Assembly: GCA_903897985.1 (NCBI GenBank) | Contig: CAIUDS010000728.1 | Location: 1 to 34,849, forward strand | DNA: 34,849 nucleotides | Origin: an uncultured delta proteobacterium | GTDB taxonomy: Bacteria > RBG-13-61-14 > DRUE01 | Reading direction: 5' to 3' | Notes under the pieces: model-generated | What the model saw: the letters and a program-made list of their open reading frames with translations, nothing else | Told to the model about the DNA's origin: nothing | Database searches by the model: none | Shown here: positions 34,216 through 34,849 of the stretch, piece by piece | How positions within the stretch are numbered: position 1 is the first letter of the stretch | How the letters are laid out: each line of letters begins with the position of its first letter | Translations under genes and position numbers: made by a program

Positions 34216-34324
34216 CAAGTGTATCAAAGCGGCGATTCCCTTCTTTTCACAGTAAGGAGTTTCGTTCCGCAAGCGCTGCTCCACGGAGCATGCAGAGGCC
34301 CAGTTTACTGGGCCTCGTTTTTTT
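34216..34324 (+). ncRNA. tracrRNA (~108 nt)
   Basis: The predicted start is ~7 nt after the -10. Anti-repeat AGTGTATCAAAGCGGCGATTCCCTTCTTTTCACAG is complementary to the repeat at 28854-28889. UAAGGAG...CCGCAAGCGCUGCUCC follows and resembles the NmeCas9 tracrRNA segment UAAGGCCG...CCGCAACGCUCUGCC (from memory). Then come a GCUCC-ACG-GAGC hairpin and the terminator GAGGCCCAG-TTTA-CTGGGCCTC + T7. Confidence 0.7.
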
Positions 34325-34357
34325 CTCTTGCGGCCATTGCTCGCTATTATAACCCCA

Positions 34358-34377
34358 GTTGATGACAGAAGCGGTCA
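34358..34377. repeat. Second copy of the 20-nt motif GTTGATGACAGAAGCGGTCA
   Basis: Exact 20/20 match to 18911-18930. On the minus strand it is followed after 6 nt by TATAAT (34346-34351), the same spacing as at the first copy. Confidence 0.85.
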
Positions 34378-34693
34378 TTCTACTTCGTCCCGCGGAATAC
34401 GCGGGACTACGAAGAACCAAGCAAGGTCAGAGACCGGCACCACTTTTTTTCGGGATTCGGAGTTCGGGTTTCGGCAAGGGACAGGCACCCATGGGCCTAG
34501 AGACCAAGCGCATCTCCTTACTATCGTGCTTTTGACAGGCTTCAGAATAATCTACCGGACAAGTGCCTGTCCCCTCGCTGTTTGGCCCAGCCAAACAAAA
34601 GTGCGCTTTTGCAACAGTTTTATAAGGCATTGAAAAATAAGGGGAAAAAATATTTTTTCATTTTTTGTTTGGCTGCGCCTGACATTTCTGTTT

Positions 34694-34728
34694 CTGAAGT
34701 CTGAAGTCTAAGGTCTGAAGTCTGATTA
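34694..34728. repeat. Heptad microsatellite (CTGAAGT-like x5)
   Basis: CTGAAGT-CTGAAGT-CTAAGGT-CTGAAGT-CTGATTA read directly. Confidence 0.8.
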
Positions 34729-34800
34729 TGAATTCAAGGACTTAGAGCCGATTTTGGCCTGAAAAAGCGATGTAACGATTGTCCTATATAGAGGGGGACA

Positions 34801-34825
34801 CCGCGTTTTGCCGGGCAAAACGCGG
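34801..34825 (+). other. Perfect 11-bp hairpin just upstream of an AAGGAGGA RBS at the window edge
   Basis: CCGCGTTTTGC-CGG-GCAAAACGCGG followed by AGGTTCAAAGGAGGAAAGG. A gene probably starts just beyond base 34849. Confidence 0.4.
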
Positions 34826-34849
34826 AGGTTCAAAGGAGGAAAGGTTTAA

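Noticed and set aside
34325-34849. Search for a conventional CRISPR array or a known structured RNA (SRP, 6S, tmRNA-like) in the repeat-dense region beyond the tracrRNA. This included the 11-bp long-range inverted repeat GGGACAGGCAC (34478-34488) / GTGCCTGTCCC (34562-34572) and ORF 34328..34633.
   Set aside because: There are no regularly spaced 25-40-nt repeats and no copy of the type II repeat. The tandem CTGAAGT units have a 7-nt period, which is not CRISPR-like. I recognise no conserved ncRNA motif. The ORF translation is low-complexity and crosses hairpins.
1-34849. tRNA, rRNA, integrase or transposase genes that could anchor a classical genomic island or prophage.
   Set aside because: I saw no T-loop-like GGTTCGAATCC-type motifs and no rRNA-like stretches. 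No ORF has recombinase or transposase signatures. The mobility inferences therefore rest only on repeats and composition.

Overview
34.8-kb window from a moderately GC-rich diderm bacterium; I saw no rRNA or tRNA genes. The left ~14.4 kb is core genome, mostly on the minus strand. It holds an MFS transporter, an FHA protein plus an Slt-type lytic transglycosylase, and mutM-rsmA-tsaD. It also holds a long translationally coupled tungstate-uptake and molybdopterin operon (tupABC-moeA-moaC-MOSC-moaA-mog) behind a Moco/Tuco-type riboswitch with its own promoter and terminator. The right ~20 kb is a mosaic in which host-like genes alternate with visibly AT-richer accessory modules. The host-like genes are a porin, an emrAB-like efflux pair with a frameshift, two tandem SDRs and a GH2 lipoprotein. 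Almost every junction is filled with short dispersed or tandem repeats. There are three accessory modules. (1) A two-gene operon at 14944-18877 encodes a class III nucleotidyl-cyclase-like protein and a 1028-aa Mrr-nuclease/SF2-helicase ending in seven tandem HA domains. I rate this the best candidate for an undescribed defence system. (2) A HEPN/MNT toxin-antitoxin pair sits next to a frameshifted DUF2971 gene. (3) A type II-C-like cas9-cas1-cas2 locus has a GxxExxY nuclease cassette inserted between cas1 and cas2. Its predicted tracrRNA diverges from cas9 under a near-consensus promoter. It has no normal array, only one intact 36-nt repeat (plus perhaps one degenerate copy) directly followed by a terminator. 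An identical 20-nt motif with a TGAC-N7-GTCA core lies at the same spacing from -10-like hexamers upstream of both the helicase operon and the cas9/tracrRNA region. All calls come from reading the sequence and the ORF track; no database search was run.
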